The position numbers and the translations under genes were made by a program. From the NCBI GenBank assembly GCA_036918135.1, contig JBALDB010000007.1, positions 64,001-128,000 on the forward strand: a DNA stretch of 64,000 nt, written 5' to 3'. Position 1 is the stretch's first letter, and each line of letters begins with the position of its first letter. The DNA comes from Nostoc sp. Its GTDB lineage: Bacteria > Cyanobacteriota > Cyanobacteriia > Cyanobacteriales > Nostocaceae. This document shows positions 9,998-20,408 of the stretch, piece by piece. The notes beneath the pieces are model-generated. The model saw only the letters and a program-made list of their open reading frames with translations, did no database searches and was not told where the DNA came from.

Positions 9998-11284
9998 TTA
10001 TGACTCATCTAAGCGCCGTTGCCATTCAGCTTCCATTTGTGCAGAACGTTCAACTTCCTGTTCTAGTAAATCAGTTTCGGTAGAGTATACTAAGTCTTCA
10101 TTGCCAATGACTTTTTCATTTGCAAACTGATGTGCAAAGTCAAGCTTTTGCTGCAAAGAACTATCCGCACTTGCTAATAGCCTAGCGCGAGAAAGGCGAT
10201 CGCGGTTGCGTGCAGCAATTTTTTGATTGCGCCACTGAATCCAAAAATAACGCAATAAAGGTATACCCAAAAAACCGACTCCGTAAGCCAATAGCAGCCA
10301 ATAAATTCCTTGGACAAAAGCTACCAGTCCGCCTAATTGAGCAGCAGCCGTACCATCTCTCAATAAATTTCCTAGTACTAAAGCACCAACAAAATTGAGT
10401 ATACCCAAGCCAGCACTGAGCATAATTTGTCCTGAACCTGCGGCACTAAAGCGCCAGGGAAATTCTTCTAAGTAAACTGATATTGAACGACGGCGCTTTT
10501 TAGCTGCACTTACCTGCAACTCTGGGAAGTAATATATAATTTGCCCTTGATCGCTGACAGATGGTTGTCCATTAAATCGCGTCAGAACAGGCAGCATATA
10601 ATCTTCGTAATCTCTTTTATATCCCTCGCCAATGTCATCGAGATACGGAGAAATTTGTTCGGCTACCACTGCGCCTCGGTTACTCCTAATCACTGTAGCA
10701 ATTTCTTGCCAGCGACGTTCTTCTAAGTTAGCGTTGGGATTACCATCACCAAATAAAAACGAAAACACAGCTTCAAAGAAATTCAAATCGCTTTGTTCTC
10801 GTCTTTCATATCGCCGTTGCTGGTAGTGAGTATTATAATCTGGGCTAAAATACCAGAAGAAATCTGGGAAAAAGAAGAATCCACCACCGAAATTACTGCC
10901 CCGATTATCGCTATCACGGTCTGAATTGGCAGCGGTAATGATAATAATGATGGTAATAGTTATTAGGGCGATGGAAACAGTTAATAAAATTCCAAAAGAA
11001 ATACGAATTAGGTAAAACAGAACACTCCAGACTTTTTTCCACCATTCCTGCAATCGTAACTGGAAGTATTTATTACGTAAAATTAAGCGGAAATTTTTTG
11101 GAAATAGGTAAACGATATCACCCGAATCTGCTACTTGTAAATGTCCGCCAGCATCAGATGCTAGGGCTAATAACCCTTGATTAGCTTCAGCGACGTTCAA
11201 TCCTGCCTGAGTTGCCACATCACCGACGGTGACACGGTAACCCAGTTGTTCCACTGCTTGCATGATGGTGGGATTAAGACTCAT
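9998..11284 (-). CDS. Conserved cyanobacterial/plastid membrane protein of unknown function
   Basis: 428-aa ORF with RVTVGDVA, FSFLFGDGNPN and several TM segments; resembles the At5g03900-type family (from memory). Confidence 0.75.
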   Translation of the reverse strand: MSLNPTIMQAVEQLGYRVTVGDVATQAGLNVAEANQGLLALASDAGGHLQVADSGDIVYLFPKNFRLILRNKYFQLRLQEWWKKVWSVLFYLIRISFGILLTVSIALITITIIIIITAANSDRDSDNRGSNFGGGFFFFPDFFWYFSPDYNTHYQQRRYERREQSDLNFFEAVFSFLFGDGNPNANLEERRWQEIATVIRSNRGAVVAEQISPYLDDIGEGYKRDYEDYMLPVLTRFNGQPSVSDQGQIIYYFPELQVSAAKKRRRSISVYLEEFPWRFSAAGSGQIMLSAGLGILNFVGALVLGNLLRDGTAAAQLGGLVAFVQGIYWLLLAYGVGFLGIPLLRYFWIQWRNQKIAARNRDRLSRARLLASADSSLQQKLDFAHQFANEKVIGNEDLVYSTETDLLEQEVERSAQMEAEWQRRLDES

Positions 11285-11444
11285 TCCTCTCCCCTCCTGC
11301 GAAAATATATTCTTCTTTTTTAAGTATAAAGTTTTATTTTCAACGACTTGTCAATGCCTGAAATAAACTCACAAATAACTGGACACATAATATGTTAAAA
11401 TGATTTTCCTTGGTTTAATTAACCAGCAAGTTTTCTGTCTAAAT

Positions 11445-11924
11445 ATGGTTCAGTACACTCTCGCTCAAAGTCCAGAAATTATCCTCACTGTCTCTGGAAA
11501 AGATTCAGCCAAAGCCCGTGACAAAGCGATGGATCAGTTGATGGAACTGATGGATGCAGGTAAGCTTTCTACGGAACTCGAAGAAGGGTTTGGTCCTCAA
11601 CAATTGATTGAGGTTAAAGAGTCAAGTATTGATACTGCTAACGGTGAAGATACCATTACCCAAGCTGTTCAGATTCTGAGTAACTTAGCCACGCTCAAAC
11701 TAAAAGTTCAAGAGTCACGAGCCGAAGCCTTGGAAATTCGGAAAGCAGTTGATGTTCTGTTCACCGATGAGTCAGTGAATGAAGAGGAAATTACTCGACT
11801 TAAGGAAGGCTTTAAAGTTCTAAAAAATTTTGCTCAAGCTAATGTGCGTTACCAGGAAGCACGAATTAAAGCAGAAGAAGCTCGGCAGATTTTAGATCGA
11901 GCTCTTCATACGCCTGACAAGTAA
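11445..11924 (+). CDS. Conserved hypothetical coiled-coil protein
   Basis: ORF 11400-11924; likely start MVQYTLAQSPEIIL at 11445. Confidence 0.7.
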   Translation: MVQYTLAQSPEIILTVSGKDSAKARDKAMDQLMELMDAGKLSTELEEGFGPQQLIEVKESSIDTANGEDTITQAVQILSNLATLKLKVQESRAEALEIRKAVDVLFTDESVNEEEITRLKEGFKVLKNFAQANVRYQEARIKAEEARQILDRALHTPDK

Positions 11925-11962
11925 TCCTAGAACAATTAATCTTTATTTATCTAAATCTAAAT

Positions 11963-11995
11963 GCAAAAAGACAGACATAGAAGCCTGTCTTTTGC
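11963..11995. terminator. Bidirectional intrinsic terminator
   Basis: GCAAAAAGACAG...CTGTCTTTTGC hairpin between a convergent CDS and the tRNA. Confidence 0.6.
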
Positions 11996-11999
11996 CTGA

Positions 12000-12071
12000 C
12001 TGGGGCGCTAGGATTCGAACCTAGGGATGGCGGGACCAAAACCCGCTGCCTTACCACTTGGCTACGCCCCA
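12000..12071 (-). tRNA. trnQ: tRNA-Gln (anticodon TTG)
   Basis: Reverse complement TGGGGCGTAGCCAAGTGGTAAGGCAGCGGGTTTTGGTCCCGCCATCCCTAGGTTCGAATCCTAGCGCCCCAG folds as a cloverleaf with a GTTCGAA T-loop; CCA is not encoded. Confidence 0.97.
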
Positions 12072-12088
12072 ACAACTTCACCCTACTT

Positions 12089-12119
12089 AATATAACAGTT
12101 AGTCATGGGTTAATGTCAA
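12089..12119 (-). promoter_or_regulatory. Possible sigma70-type promoter of tRNA-Gln
   Basis: TTGACA (12119-12114) and TGtTATATT; the 19-nt spacer is long. Confidence 0.4.
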
Positions 12120-12549
12120 GTACTTTAATAGTTAATTTGAAATCGTCAGTTTTTACATGCACAGAGTAGACGACCCTAGCCCCTTTACTGTTGAAAGCTG
12201 TATTCTAGATAACATTAGGCTTCTTTGTGGTTCAATATTCAAAAATTCGACTAATACAAGACATCCTATGAACTGCGCTCATAAAGAGCAATGAAAATTT
12301 CTTCTCTTTACTCTCTACTCCCCATTACTAATTTTCAACCTAGTCATTCACAAAAAAATTCCACAACTAAGTATAAAAAACGAATATATCTTACTTTTAT
12401 CTTTGCTTTTTATAACTAAATTTATTCTTATCCAGCGCTTGTTAATCTGTCATCAGAAGTATCTTCAAAAATCAAATAGCAGTCCTATAGATAGGCGATG
12501 CGCTTAAAAAAGTTCTGCCTCAAGCATTACACAGGTTTTTATCAAAAAA

Positions 12550-13395
12550 TTAATCAATCTCAATTAATTCGAGTTCAATTTTTTGTCCAGTTAAAAAGTG
12601 TAACATCTTAACTATTTTAATCAGTAAAACTATTGAATAGCTACTTTCTGATTTGGTAAGTATCCAATTACTTGTTTTAGTAGAAAACATCGCTTTACCT
12701 ATAAGCATACCTCTGAACTTTTGAAGGATTGTATAATTAGCAGTTTTGAATACTGTACCACAGTTAGGTGCTATATTATCTTGATGTTCTTTTGCCCAAA
12801 GTTGTCTTGAAATTATCGGATTTTCAGTAAATTCTATTCGTTCAAACTGGAAGACTGCACTCAATATCAGTTTTGAGTGCATACCAGTAAATATAGTTTG
12901 TCGATAATCTTGTACAATTTGGCTCTTATCAAGTGTTTTTATACATCCATCCTCAAAGAAGGTTACGCTTTCAACAAAGTCGTATATTGTACATCCATAT
13001 TGCCTTCCTCTACCAGCATTCATTGCTAATGCACCACCAATAGTTGCTGGTACAGACGCAAGATAATAAAAAGAATTCATTGAGTTTTGGTAACAGTACT
13101 TTAATACTTCCATAACCGAAATAGAAGAAGAAACTTCTAATTTATTTTCAGCTAGAGGATTTATGTACTTAGGTAGTTTATTTTTTAAAACCAATGATTG
13201 AATATTCTTTCTCACAAATAGGGTGTTAGAGCCGTTTCCAATTATGTAAATATTTACTTTATTTTCTTTAGCCAAATTACAGTATTCTTGCAGCTCGTCA
13301 ACACTAGTAATCTCTCCTACTCGCTCAAAGTGATGTCGAGTTCTATAGTGTGAAAGACTATTTGATGTTAAAGATTTAATCTTTAAATTAGACAT
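12550..13395 (-). CDS. Divergent MurB-like FAD-dependent enolpyruvyl reductase (paralogue)
   Basis: IGNGSN, VPATIGGALAMNAG, DYRQTIF, PNCGTVFK, LELE; AGGAG RBS; 23 bp behind the pyruvyltransferase gene; no mur/fts neighbours. Confidence 0.8.
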   Translation of the reverse strand: MSNLKIKSLTSNSLSHYRTRHHFERVGEITSVDELQEYCNLAKENKVNIYIIGNGSNTLFVRKNIQSLVLKNKLPKYINPLAENKLEVSSSISVMEVLKYCYQNSMNSFYYLASVPATIGGALAMNAGRGRQYGCTIYDFVESVTFFEDGCIKTLDKSQIVQDYRQTIFTGMHSKLILSAVFQFERIEFTENPIISRQLWAKEHQDNIAPNCGTVFKTANYTILQKFRGMLIGKAMFSTKTSNWILTKSESSYSIVLLIKIVKMLHFLTGQKIELELIEID

Positions 13396-13418
13396 ATTAA
13401 TTTTTACTCCTGATTACA

Positions 13419-14510
13419 TTATGCATTACTTTTACTATTCGCTTTTTCTTGTGAAATTGCTTCAATTAAATATTTTTTGGATTCATTGATTTTTGTTTCT
13501 AGTATTTTAGATACTGATTCATAATCAATATCAAATATTTCTTTATTAAGTAATTTAGTTTTTTGCTCGACTGAAAATATCCGGTTTTCTAATTGTAAAT
13601 CAATGAGTAAATCTGTTACTTTATTATTTTTATCACTCCTAACCAATACACTAAAAGGTTTATTAAAAATAATAGAAAATATAGTGCCGTGAAAAGTATT
13701 AGTCATGATATAATCTGCTTGGCTATATAGCCCAACCCATTCTCCTGGACTAGCACTTTCTAAATTGATTTGTGCTAATCGATTAGGTTGATCGACTGAA
13801 ACTATAGTTAGATTTTCAGATTTTGCCAGTAATTTTATAAACTCTTCTTCCTCTGGTTCTATTTCACCATGCATATATAATAAAAGATATTTATCTTGAA
13901 TTTTTGGAGTAATTTTAATAGTGTTATAATTAATTAGAAAAGTAGGATCTAAAACTTTTCTCGCTTCTCGATCGCATTCCTTATTAATAAGTTTTAAACT
14001 ATTAGAATCACGAACTAAAATAGTTTGAAATTGATTAATTAGATCGGATATTTGTTTTTGATAACTTCTTAGAGTTACTGTATTACCAAAACTTGCAGCA
14101 TAACTTATCTTCCGAGTAGTTTGATTGCTAACAAAATCTAAAAAAAAAGCAGAATCAAAACTTCTAATCGAATCTATACACCATACTTGGTCACTGCCAC
14201 ATATTACTACGTCATACTTATCATGATAGTATTGTAAGCCTTTTTGATTGTAAAATTTTTTATGGCTCAATTTCACATGAGAAAGTAAGAATTGTCTCAT
14301 TTTCCAAGCTCTGGGAATATTGACAAAGACTTTTTTTATATTTTTGAGCGGAATTAAAGGTCTGAGATATATCCATACTATCTTTATCGGTCGATAGTCT
14401 ATTATTTCAACATCATAGCCTTGGCTATTAAGAAAACTCCACAGCGCACAAGCTTGGAGTGTTGCTCCATAATTATTGACATGGTGAAAAGTTAAAATTC
14501 CAATTTTCAT
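13419..14510 (-). CDS. Polysaccharide pyruvyltransferase family protein
   Basis: MKIGILTFH..NNYGATLQA, GSDQVW, SYAASFG, LDPTFL, TNTFHGTIFS. Confidence 0.9.
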   Translation of the reverse strand: MKIGILTFHHVNNYGATLQACALWSFLNSQGYDVEIIDYRPIKIVWIYLRPLIPLKNIKKVFVNIPRAWKMRQFLLSHVKLSHKKFYNQKGLQYYHDKYDVVICGSDQVWCIDSIRSFDSAFFLDFVSNQTTRKISYAASFGNTVTLRSYQKQISDLINQFQTILVRDSNSLKLINKECDREARKVLDPTFLINYNTIKITPKIQDKYLLLYMHGEIEPEEEEFIKLLAKSENLTIVSVDQPNRLAQINLESASPGEWVGLYSQADYIMTNTFHGTIFSIIFNKPFSVLVRSDKNNKVTDLLIDLQLENRIFSVEQKTKLLNKEIFDIDYESVSKILETKINESKKYLIEAISQEKANSKSNA

Positions 14511-15066
14511 CTTTGCTCTCTTTAGATAAACTATAAATTCAATATCAAATCAACGGCTCTTACTAATCGTTCTGGTTATTTCTGCAATCTACAAAACCCA
14601 CGTAGAACCTTGGTTTTTGTATATCTTTTGATTAAAAAAAATCTGCACAAATACAATAAAAATAGATACTCATGCAACTCAACTAAAAGTTTTTTGATTA
14701 ACTAACCGATTAAGAGGAAGGAAATAACTATAAAAACCATTTGGTATTTTTAACTTTTTATAGTAGTCAAAATTTCATTTGTAAAACCTTTAGTTTCATA
14801 AGTTAAATTTATATTTTGCTATTTTTAGTAGAGGAATTTTAATTAAATTAAAATTAGCTAATTTTTGGAAATCTCAAATTTAATTTCATTATTTAACAAT
14901 TTTTCTCAAAATACTCTCTATTTTTAGGAATTCTTCTTTACAAGAAGCTTATCACAATATTTTTGTAAAATATAGTCATTCAATAAAATTTTTATAGAAA
15001 ATTCACTGAAAATTCAGTCTTTTATAATTTTGAATAAAACAGCAATCTCTTTTATTCTAGGGTTTC

Positions 15067-15912
15067 TTAATCTCCAGTCTCTTGCAGAAAGACCGCTCCA
15101 ATACGACTTGATGATAGTAGTTGCTTAGTAGCTAACCAGATAAATAGGGGAATAGTTTTAGAATAACGACCACAAAGCCTACGTGGTTCTTGAATCCATC
15201 GATATAGCCATTCAAGTCCTAAGTCTCGAATTATCCGGGGTGCGCGCTTGTGAATTCCTGCATAAACTGGGAAAACTCCACCCAGTCCAATCATCACGGC
15301 TTGTATTTTGCCTTTATGCTGAGCTATCCAATTTTCTTGTTTTGGACATCCTAGAGATACTAAGACAGCGTTGGCGCCACTAGAGTTAATCTTTTGAATC
15401 AAAGCTTCATCTTCGCTTTCAGTCAGGGGACGAAAAGGTAGAGGTTCCATAGCTGCAATCTTCATTTGAGGAAATTCTCGCTCTAACCTTTTTTCCATCC
15501 TAGAAAGAATCTCTATTTGGGAACCTAAAAAGAAAATACTGAGATTTTCTATTTGAGATAACTGACACAATGCTAAAAAAATATCCATCCCCGCTACACG
15601 ATCTTGATAGGACGATCCCATTTTTCGCATCATCCACACAAGAGGCATACCATCAGGAGTAACTATATCTGCATTTCGTAATAGGCTGGCAAACTCTGGA
15701 TTCCAATGAGCTTCAATCAGCATATGTACATTTGCTACGTATACACTTTTACTCTCACGCTGACTTGCCCACTTCAGTATTATTTGCACTTGGTCGTTAA
15801 AGCGTAGAGCTGTAATAGGAAAATCAAGCACTTTTTGAGTAGGTAGAAGCACTCTTGCCATCATAAATAACTCCTGTGTCCAAGAAAAGAATCCATAGAT
15901 TACCTCGACCAT
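15067..15912 (-). CDS. WecB/TagA/CpsF family glycosyltransferase
   Basis: ANVHM, TPDGMPLVW, RVAGMD, LGCPKQE, GLEWLYRWIQEPRRL. Confidence 0.92.
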   Translation of the reverse strand: MVEVIYGFFSWTQELFMMARVLLPTQKVLDFPITALRFNDQVQIILKWASQRESKSVYVANVHMLIEAHWNPEFASLLRNADIVTPDGMPLVWMMRKMGSSYQDRVAGMDIFLALCQLSQIENLSIFFLGSQIEILSRMEKRLEREFPQMKIAAMEPLPFRPLTESEDEALIQKINSSGANAVLVSLGCPKQENWIAQHKGKIQAVMIGLGGVFPVYAGIHKRAPRIIRDLGLEWLYRWIQEPRRLCGRYSKTIPLFIWLATKQLLSSSRIGAVFLQETGD

Positions 15913-16523
15913 TCTGAATAATAAACTATTCAGATTAGATAACTCCTAGCCTTTTGTAGGCTTGTGTCATCGTTGGAAGTTAACACATGGAGATGCAATT
16001 GCCTTCTCAGTACACTTTTGGCTTTCTTGGTAATACTAGAATTATTTGCTGTTGTGTTTTAGTTTACTGGTTTAATCAGGAGATTTCAGACGCTGTTTGA
16101 CAAAATTCATACTTCCTTCACAATTAATTTTTGATTGATTCATGCAAGCATTACAATTGCGATAAATTACTTTATATTATAGATAATTTGGCGTTAAATT
16201 TACTACATTTTATCAATTTAAAGTCAAGAAAAATACCAAAGAGTTAGTTTGATAATTTTAGATGTGAGCATGTATTTCAAAGGTTGGATTGTAATTATTG
16301 AGTGGTCAGTGCAATTATAGCTAACTCGCGAGGGCTGTAATTTTTTCTTTATCAATAGTCATTGATAAGGGTTTTAAGCTTGTTGGCATTTCGTAATTTA
16401 ATTGGGTTTATTCCGACCAACTGACTTATTTCAAAAATAGAATAATGATTTTTTATAGTTTTTTTAGTTATTACAGACTGAATTCAAAGTCTGTATTGAC
16501 GAATTTATAATTTTTATCTCTTG

Positions 16524-16730
16524 CTAAAAACAGTAACTAAAAAATAAGGGGAAGATAAGTTTATCTTCCCCCACTCTATGATTTTTGCTCTCACCTGGCT
16601 TGTTATCTTCCTTAAGTCTTTGCAGTAACATTTGTCTTTGTTTCTTAAGTTGCCGCTTCCTGGCAGAACCGCCTCTACCTTTATCGTTCCTACCTTCTTT
16701 ACGGGGAGATTCCCATCTTTTTAGTCGCAT
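16524..16730 (-). CDS. Small basic hypothetical protein
   Basis: 68-aa Lys/Arg-rich ORF with an AAAGG RBS-like sequence upstream. Confidence 0.55.
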   Translation of the reverse strand: MRLKRWESPRKEGRNDKGRGGSARKRQLKKQRQMLLQRLKEDNKPGESKNHRVGEDKLIFPLFFSYCF

Positions 16731-16917
16731 AATTTTTAACCTTTTTGATAATAAAAATTGATTTACATATAAAATTATACACTATAGTGTCTAGGCTTGC
16801 AAGCAAATATTGAATTATTTTTTCACTAAAGTAATATGCCTTAATACATATAATAACACAAATTTTCGAGTAATTTCTTCTGCTGAATCAAGGGATCGCG
16901 TCGTCGAGATACATCAC

Positions 16918-17070
16918 CTAACTAAAAATTTGTGATAAACCTAACATCGAACCAAGCAATACATCCTCTGCCGATCAACTAGCAGGCGATCGCAAAATCT
17001 CAACATCTTTTCCTGAGCAGTAAATTTCTACCCCTTGGTTCTCTTGGTCAATTAGCCAACCTAGCTCAAC
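16918..17070 (-). pseudogene. C-terminal remnant of a second Uma2 endonuclease
   Basis: VELGWLIDQENQGVEIYCSGKDVEILRSPAS*SAEDVLLGSMLGLSQIFS*, matching the LGWLID...VEIY...EDVLPG tail of Uma2 proteins. Confidence 0.7.
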
Positions 17071-17094
17071 TTTTCAGAAAATCCAAAATCGGTA

Positions 17095-17391
17095 CTACTC
17101 CCAAGTAGACACATATCGCAGCACATCCGGAATTTCTCCTTGAGACAAAGGAAACTCTAACACAGTCTCTCTATAACCTAAATACCCAGATTCAGCAAAC
17201 GATAACAGCATTCGCGAAAGTGCCAGCCAAACCTCTGGTTCGTATTCCCAATCACGATAACGCGAAGCTTGACCAGCAATTGAACGTAGCGCCCAGAAAT
17301 AAGAATTTCTGACCACAGAACCACCCTTTTTAAACTCTGGCAAATCTTCATGGTGGATAAAAAGTATTTTATTTTCAATTCTGGCTCTCAT
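17095..17391 (-). CDS. Conserved cyanobacterial hypothetical protein
   Basis: MRARIENKILFIHHEDLPEFKKGGSVVRNSYFWALRSIA...; ATG at 17391. Confidence 0.7.
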   Translation of the reverse strand: MRARIENKILFIHHEDLPEFKKGGSVVRNSYFWALRSIAGQASRYRDWEYEPEVWLALSRMLLSFAESGYLGYRETVLEFPLSQGEIPDVLRYVSTWE

Positions 17392-17656
17392 GAAAATTTT
17401 GGATTTGAGATTTTGGATTCGCAATTAAAAGTAAATCTTAAGTAGAGTGGAATAACACTTAATTAAGTAAAAGTTGTTGCTCAGATTCCCGACTTATATA
17501 AAAAGTTGGGGAGCTAAATCTAGCTGAAGTAAGTAAATTTTAAGTAAGATGCGTTAGCAGCTCTAATATTGTTGATGATTATAAATAATATAGCGATTTT
17601 CATTTGTACACAGGTAGGGTAGCACAGTTGTACTATCCTACTATGTTCATATTTAC

Positions 17657-19762
17657 CTACAAACTTGAGCTTAAACCTACACGAAAAGTAAAACCAGGGC
17701 TATATATGCGATTAACTCGCTCATATTGCTCACCTAGTAGATTTTCTAAGTAAACTGTGAGTCCTAAATTGCTAGTTAGAGGTATACGACCAGTGAAATC
17801 TAAATTCACAAAAGATGGTGCAAAATCTGTAATTTTGTCACCAGGGTTATTAAAAATAGATCTGCGAGCGCCACTGTTGTAAGTAATATATAAGTTAGCT
17901 TGCCAACCTGAATTTTGATAACCAATACCAGTTTGAAGTACAGAGTAAGGAATTAAACCTAACTGTAAACCTCTTTCTGAGCCTGTTTTGATTTGGGCAT
18001 CTGTATAAGTATAGTTGAGAAAAGTTGACCAGCCAGCAGCAATTTTTAATTGCAATGCAGCTTCTAAACCATTGGTATCTACTAATCCAATGTTTTCCCA
18101 TCTTCCTGCGATAACTCCCAGGCGATCGCGTATACTACTACCAAAGTAAGTAAACTGTCCAATCAAATTGTGAGAAAATTTGACATCTACTCCCGCAGTC
18201 CAAGTGGAGCCCACTTCTGGCTCTAAATTAGGGTTAGGTTCCCAACCATGAACCGTATCATAAACATATAACTGATCTAACCCAGGATTGCGTTGCCCTC
18301 CAGCCCAACTTCCACGCACTGCTACTATTGGTGTAACGGCATAACGTAAACCAACACTAGGATTAAGATAATTTCCAAACTCGCTGTCAAAGCTTTGTCG
18401 TAGTCCTAAATCTACCAGAAAACTTTCACCAATATTCAAAGTATTGACAGCAAATAAAGCTGTATTGAATAAACTTCTATTTTCAGTTTCGTTATTACCA
18501 ATTCTACTAGGAATTGTACTTAAAACATCACCATTTAAGTCGGTGTTTTTCAAATCTAAACCCCAACGCAATTTATTATTGGCAGTAATTTTCCATTCAT
18601 GATCTACTCTGGCTGTGAGTTGTTGTGTATCTAAAACTCCTGTACGATAAAAAGCTCCTGTTGGGCCATAGGTACTGAAATAATCTTGGTTATAACCAAT
18701 TGAAGTTGTCAGATTAGAACTTTCCCCATTACCGAGCCGAGTTTTCCAAGATAAGCCAATATTTAAACCATCGTGGTCTAATCTGTCTTGCTGAAGAGGA
18801 AAACCGAAATAAATTAGACCGCGACGACTGCTGAGTTTAGTAATATCTAAATTTAAAGAATTTTTTTTATCTAAATCTAGACCAATATTACCAAAGTAAG
18901 TACTTGTAGCGGTGTCTGCATTCGATAAATACCCTTGGCTATCACGATTTGCTGCACCTACAGGAATGCGATAACGGTTATCTGTAAAGAACCTTTCAAA
19001 GCTAAAATTGTATTTTACAGAACTAGCCGATCCACCATAAGTTACTTGTTGATTATTTAAACTTAATGAGCCAAATTCTGTACTACCAGAAAATTTCGGT
19101 TGTCCATAACCTTCTTTGGTAATAATATTTACAACTCCCCCAAAGGCTGAGGAACCATACAAAGCCGAAGCTGTTCCGCTATATAATTCTACTCGCTCAA
19201 TAGCTTCTACAGGAATACTATTTAAATCAGTCCCACCATGATAAGTGTTAACATTATTGTTAATTGGTCTGCCATTAATCAGAAATACAGACTGATTAAT
19301 TGAGGCTCCCCGGTAGTATGTTCCTGTGTGAGTATCTGCACCATGACCGACATCATTGATAGCAAAACCAGGCATTCTTTTCAAAACATCAGCTAAACTG
19401 GTTGCACCTTGCTTTTCAATTTCTTCTTTTTCAATTACGTAAGTTGGTGTAGACTGAGGCAGATTGTCTGGTTCTGCGATCGCTTCTATGTTAATATCTG
19501 CATTATCGCTAGGTTCTGACTCGATTACTGGTTGAGTTTCTGGCTCAATTTCATTCTGTGCAGGTTGTTGAGTTAATAATTCAGCATTAGTGATGGGTAG
19601 CTTAATTTCACTCAAACTAGGAATATCTGAAATAGCTTCAGTTGATTTAACGGTATTTCTCTGCTTAATTTCAAGATCGTCAGCAAAGCCAGGAAATGCT
19701 ATCAGTAAACTCGGTAAACCTACTGTTAGCAACAAAAAATCTTTTTTCACCTTTTCTTTCAC
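17657..19762 (-). CDS. TonB-dependent receptor (BtuB-like)
   Basis: Signal peptide, plug motifs (LADVLKRMPG, FLINGRPIN, IERVELYSGTASALYGSSAFGGVVNIITK), PNPNLEPE, ENLLGEQY. Confidence 0.92.
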   Translation of the reverse strand: MKEKVKKDFLLLTVGLPSLLIAFPGFADDLEIKQRNTVKSTEAISDIPSLSEIKLPITNAELLTQQPAQNEIEPETQPVIESEPSDNADINIEAIAEPDNLPQSTPTYVIEKEEIEKQGATSLADVLKRMPGFAINDVGHGADTHTGTYYRGASINQSVFLINGRPINNNVNTYHGGTDLNSIPVEAIERVELYSGTASALYGSSAFGGVVNIITKEGYGQPKFSGSTEFGSLSLNNQQVTYGGSASSVKYNFSFERFFTDNRYRIPVGAANRDSQGYLSNADTATSTYFGNIGLDLDKKNSLNLDITKLSSRRGLIYFGFPLQQDRLDHDGLNIGLSWKTRLGNGESSNLTTSIGYNQDYFSTYGPTGAFYRTGVLDTQQLTARVDHEWKITANNKLRWGLDLKNTDLNGDVLSTIPSRIGNNETENRSLFNTALFAVNTLNIGESFLVDLGLRQSFDSEFGNYLNPSVGLRYAVTPIVAVRGSWAGGQRNPGLDQLYVYDTVHGWEPNPNLEPEVGSTWTAGVDVKFSHNLIGQFTYFGSSIRDRLGVIAGRWENIGLVDTNGLEAALQLKIAAGWSTFLNYTYTDAQIKTGSERGLQLGLIPYSVLQTGIGYQNSGWQANLYITYNSGARRSIFNNPGDKITDFAPSFVNLDFTGRIPLTSNLGLTVYLENLLGEQYERVNRIYSPGFTFRVGLSSSL

Positions 19763-19814
19763 ACCAAGTCAAAATAGTTACCAAGTGTTATTGTTGCTAT
19801 AGTATTGAAATTGT

Positions 19815-19833
19815 GTCAAAAGACAGGCTGTCA
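19815..19833. promoter_or_regulatory. Putative operator upstream of the TonB receptor, shared with petJ
   Basis: GTCAAAAGACAGGCTGTCA; 17/19 identical to 20301-20319. Confidence 0.55.
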
Positions 19834-19891
19834 TATTTTCCTGGCTTCAGATTACAGACTGGCTAGAAAATTTTGAAGTCAGATTTTAGTT

Positions 19892-20227
19892 CTACTTCCA
19901 ATCTTTATCTGCTTGTGAAAGCACATAAGCAGTTACATCTTCAATCTGCTCGGGTTTTAAACGATTGCCAAAAGCAGGCATGGCATTTTTACCTTTTGTA
20001 ATTTGGGCAATAATCGCCTCTGCTGAGTACAAACCATATTTTTCCAAAGCCTCTTTCTTCAAGTTTTTATTAGCTTGAACTAAATTCTTGCCGCCTGCAT
20101 GACAAGAAGCACAATTACCACTAAATACTTTAGCTCCATTAGCAGCATCTGCGGCTAAAGCTGGACTACTAAAGGCAAAGATGAAGATTGCTATACCTAA
20201 CAATATGACTTTAATAATTTTTTTCAT
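19892..20227 (-). CDS. petJ: Cytochrome c6
   Basis: Signal peptide ending PALA, CASCH haem motif, GKNAMPAF axial Met. Confidence 0.93.
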   Translation of the reverse strand: MKKIIKVILLGIAIFIFAFSSPALAADAANGAKVFSGNCASCHAGGKNLVQANKNLKKEALEKYGLYSAEAIIAQITKGKNAMPAFGNRLKPEQIEDVTAYVLSQADKDWK

Positions 20228-20300
20228 TTCGTGTTCTCTCTGCAATAACGGCTAATTCACTAGAATATCCTCCATAATTGTCAGTTGAGCCGCTGCTATA

Positions 20301-20319
20301 GTCAAATGACAAGCTGTCA
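20301..20319. promoter_or_regulatory. Putative operator upstream of petJ
   Basis: GTCAAATGACAAGCTGTCA containing the palindrome TGAC-N5-GTCA. Confidence 0.55.
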
Positions 20320-20408
20320 AACTTAACCTTAATATTTTTTAATTACAGATTATTGGCTACCATGCTCATTAATCTCTAGATTATTTATTTTACGTTATTC
20401 AATATTTC

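Noticed and set aside
12550..13395. Housekeeping murB
   Set aside because: Divergent motifs, no murC/ddl/fts context and tight linkage to an EPS gene; treated as a paralogue pending a genome check.
12000..15912. AT-rich EPS cassette as an island integrated at tRNA-Gln
   Set aside because: The cassette lies on the 5' side of the tRNA, and I found no integrase or duplicated tRNA 3' end.
19763..19891. Cobalamin riboswitch or Fur box before the TonB receptor
   Set aside because: Leader is short and AT-rich, with no B12 box and no convincing Fur consensus.
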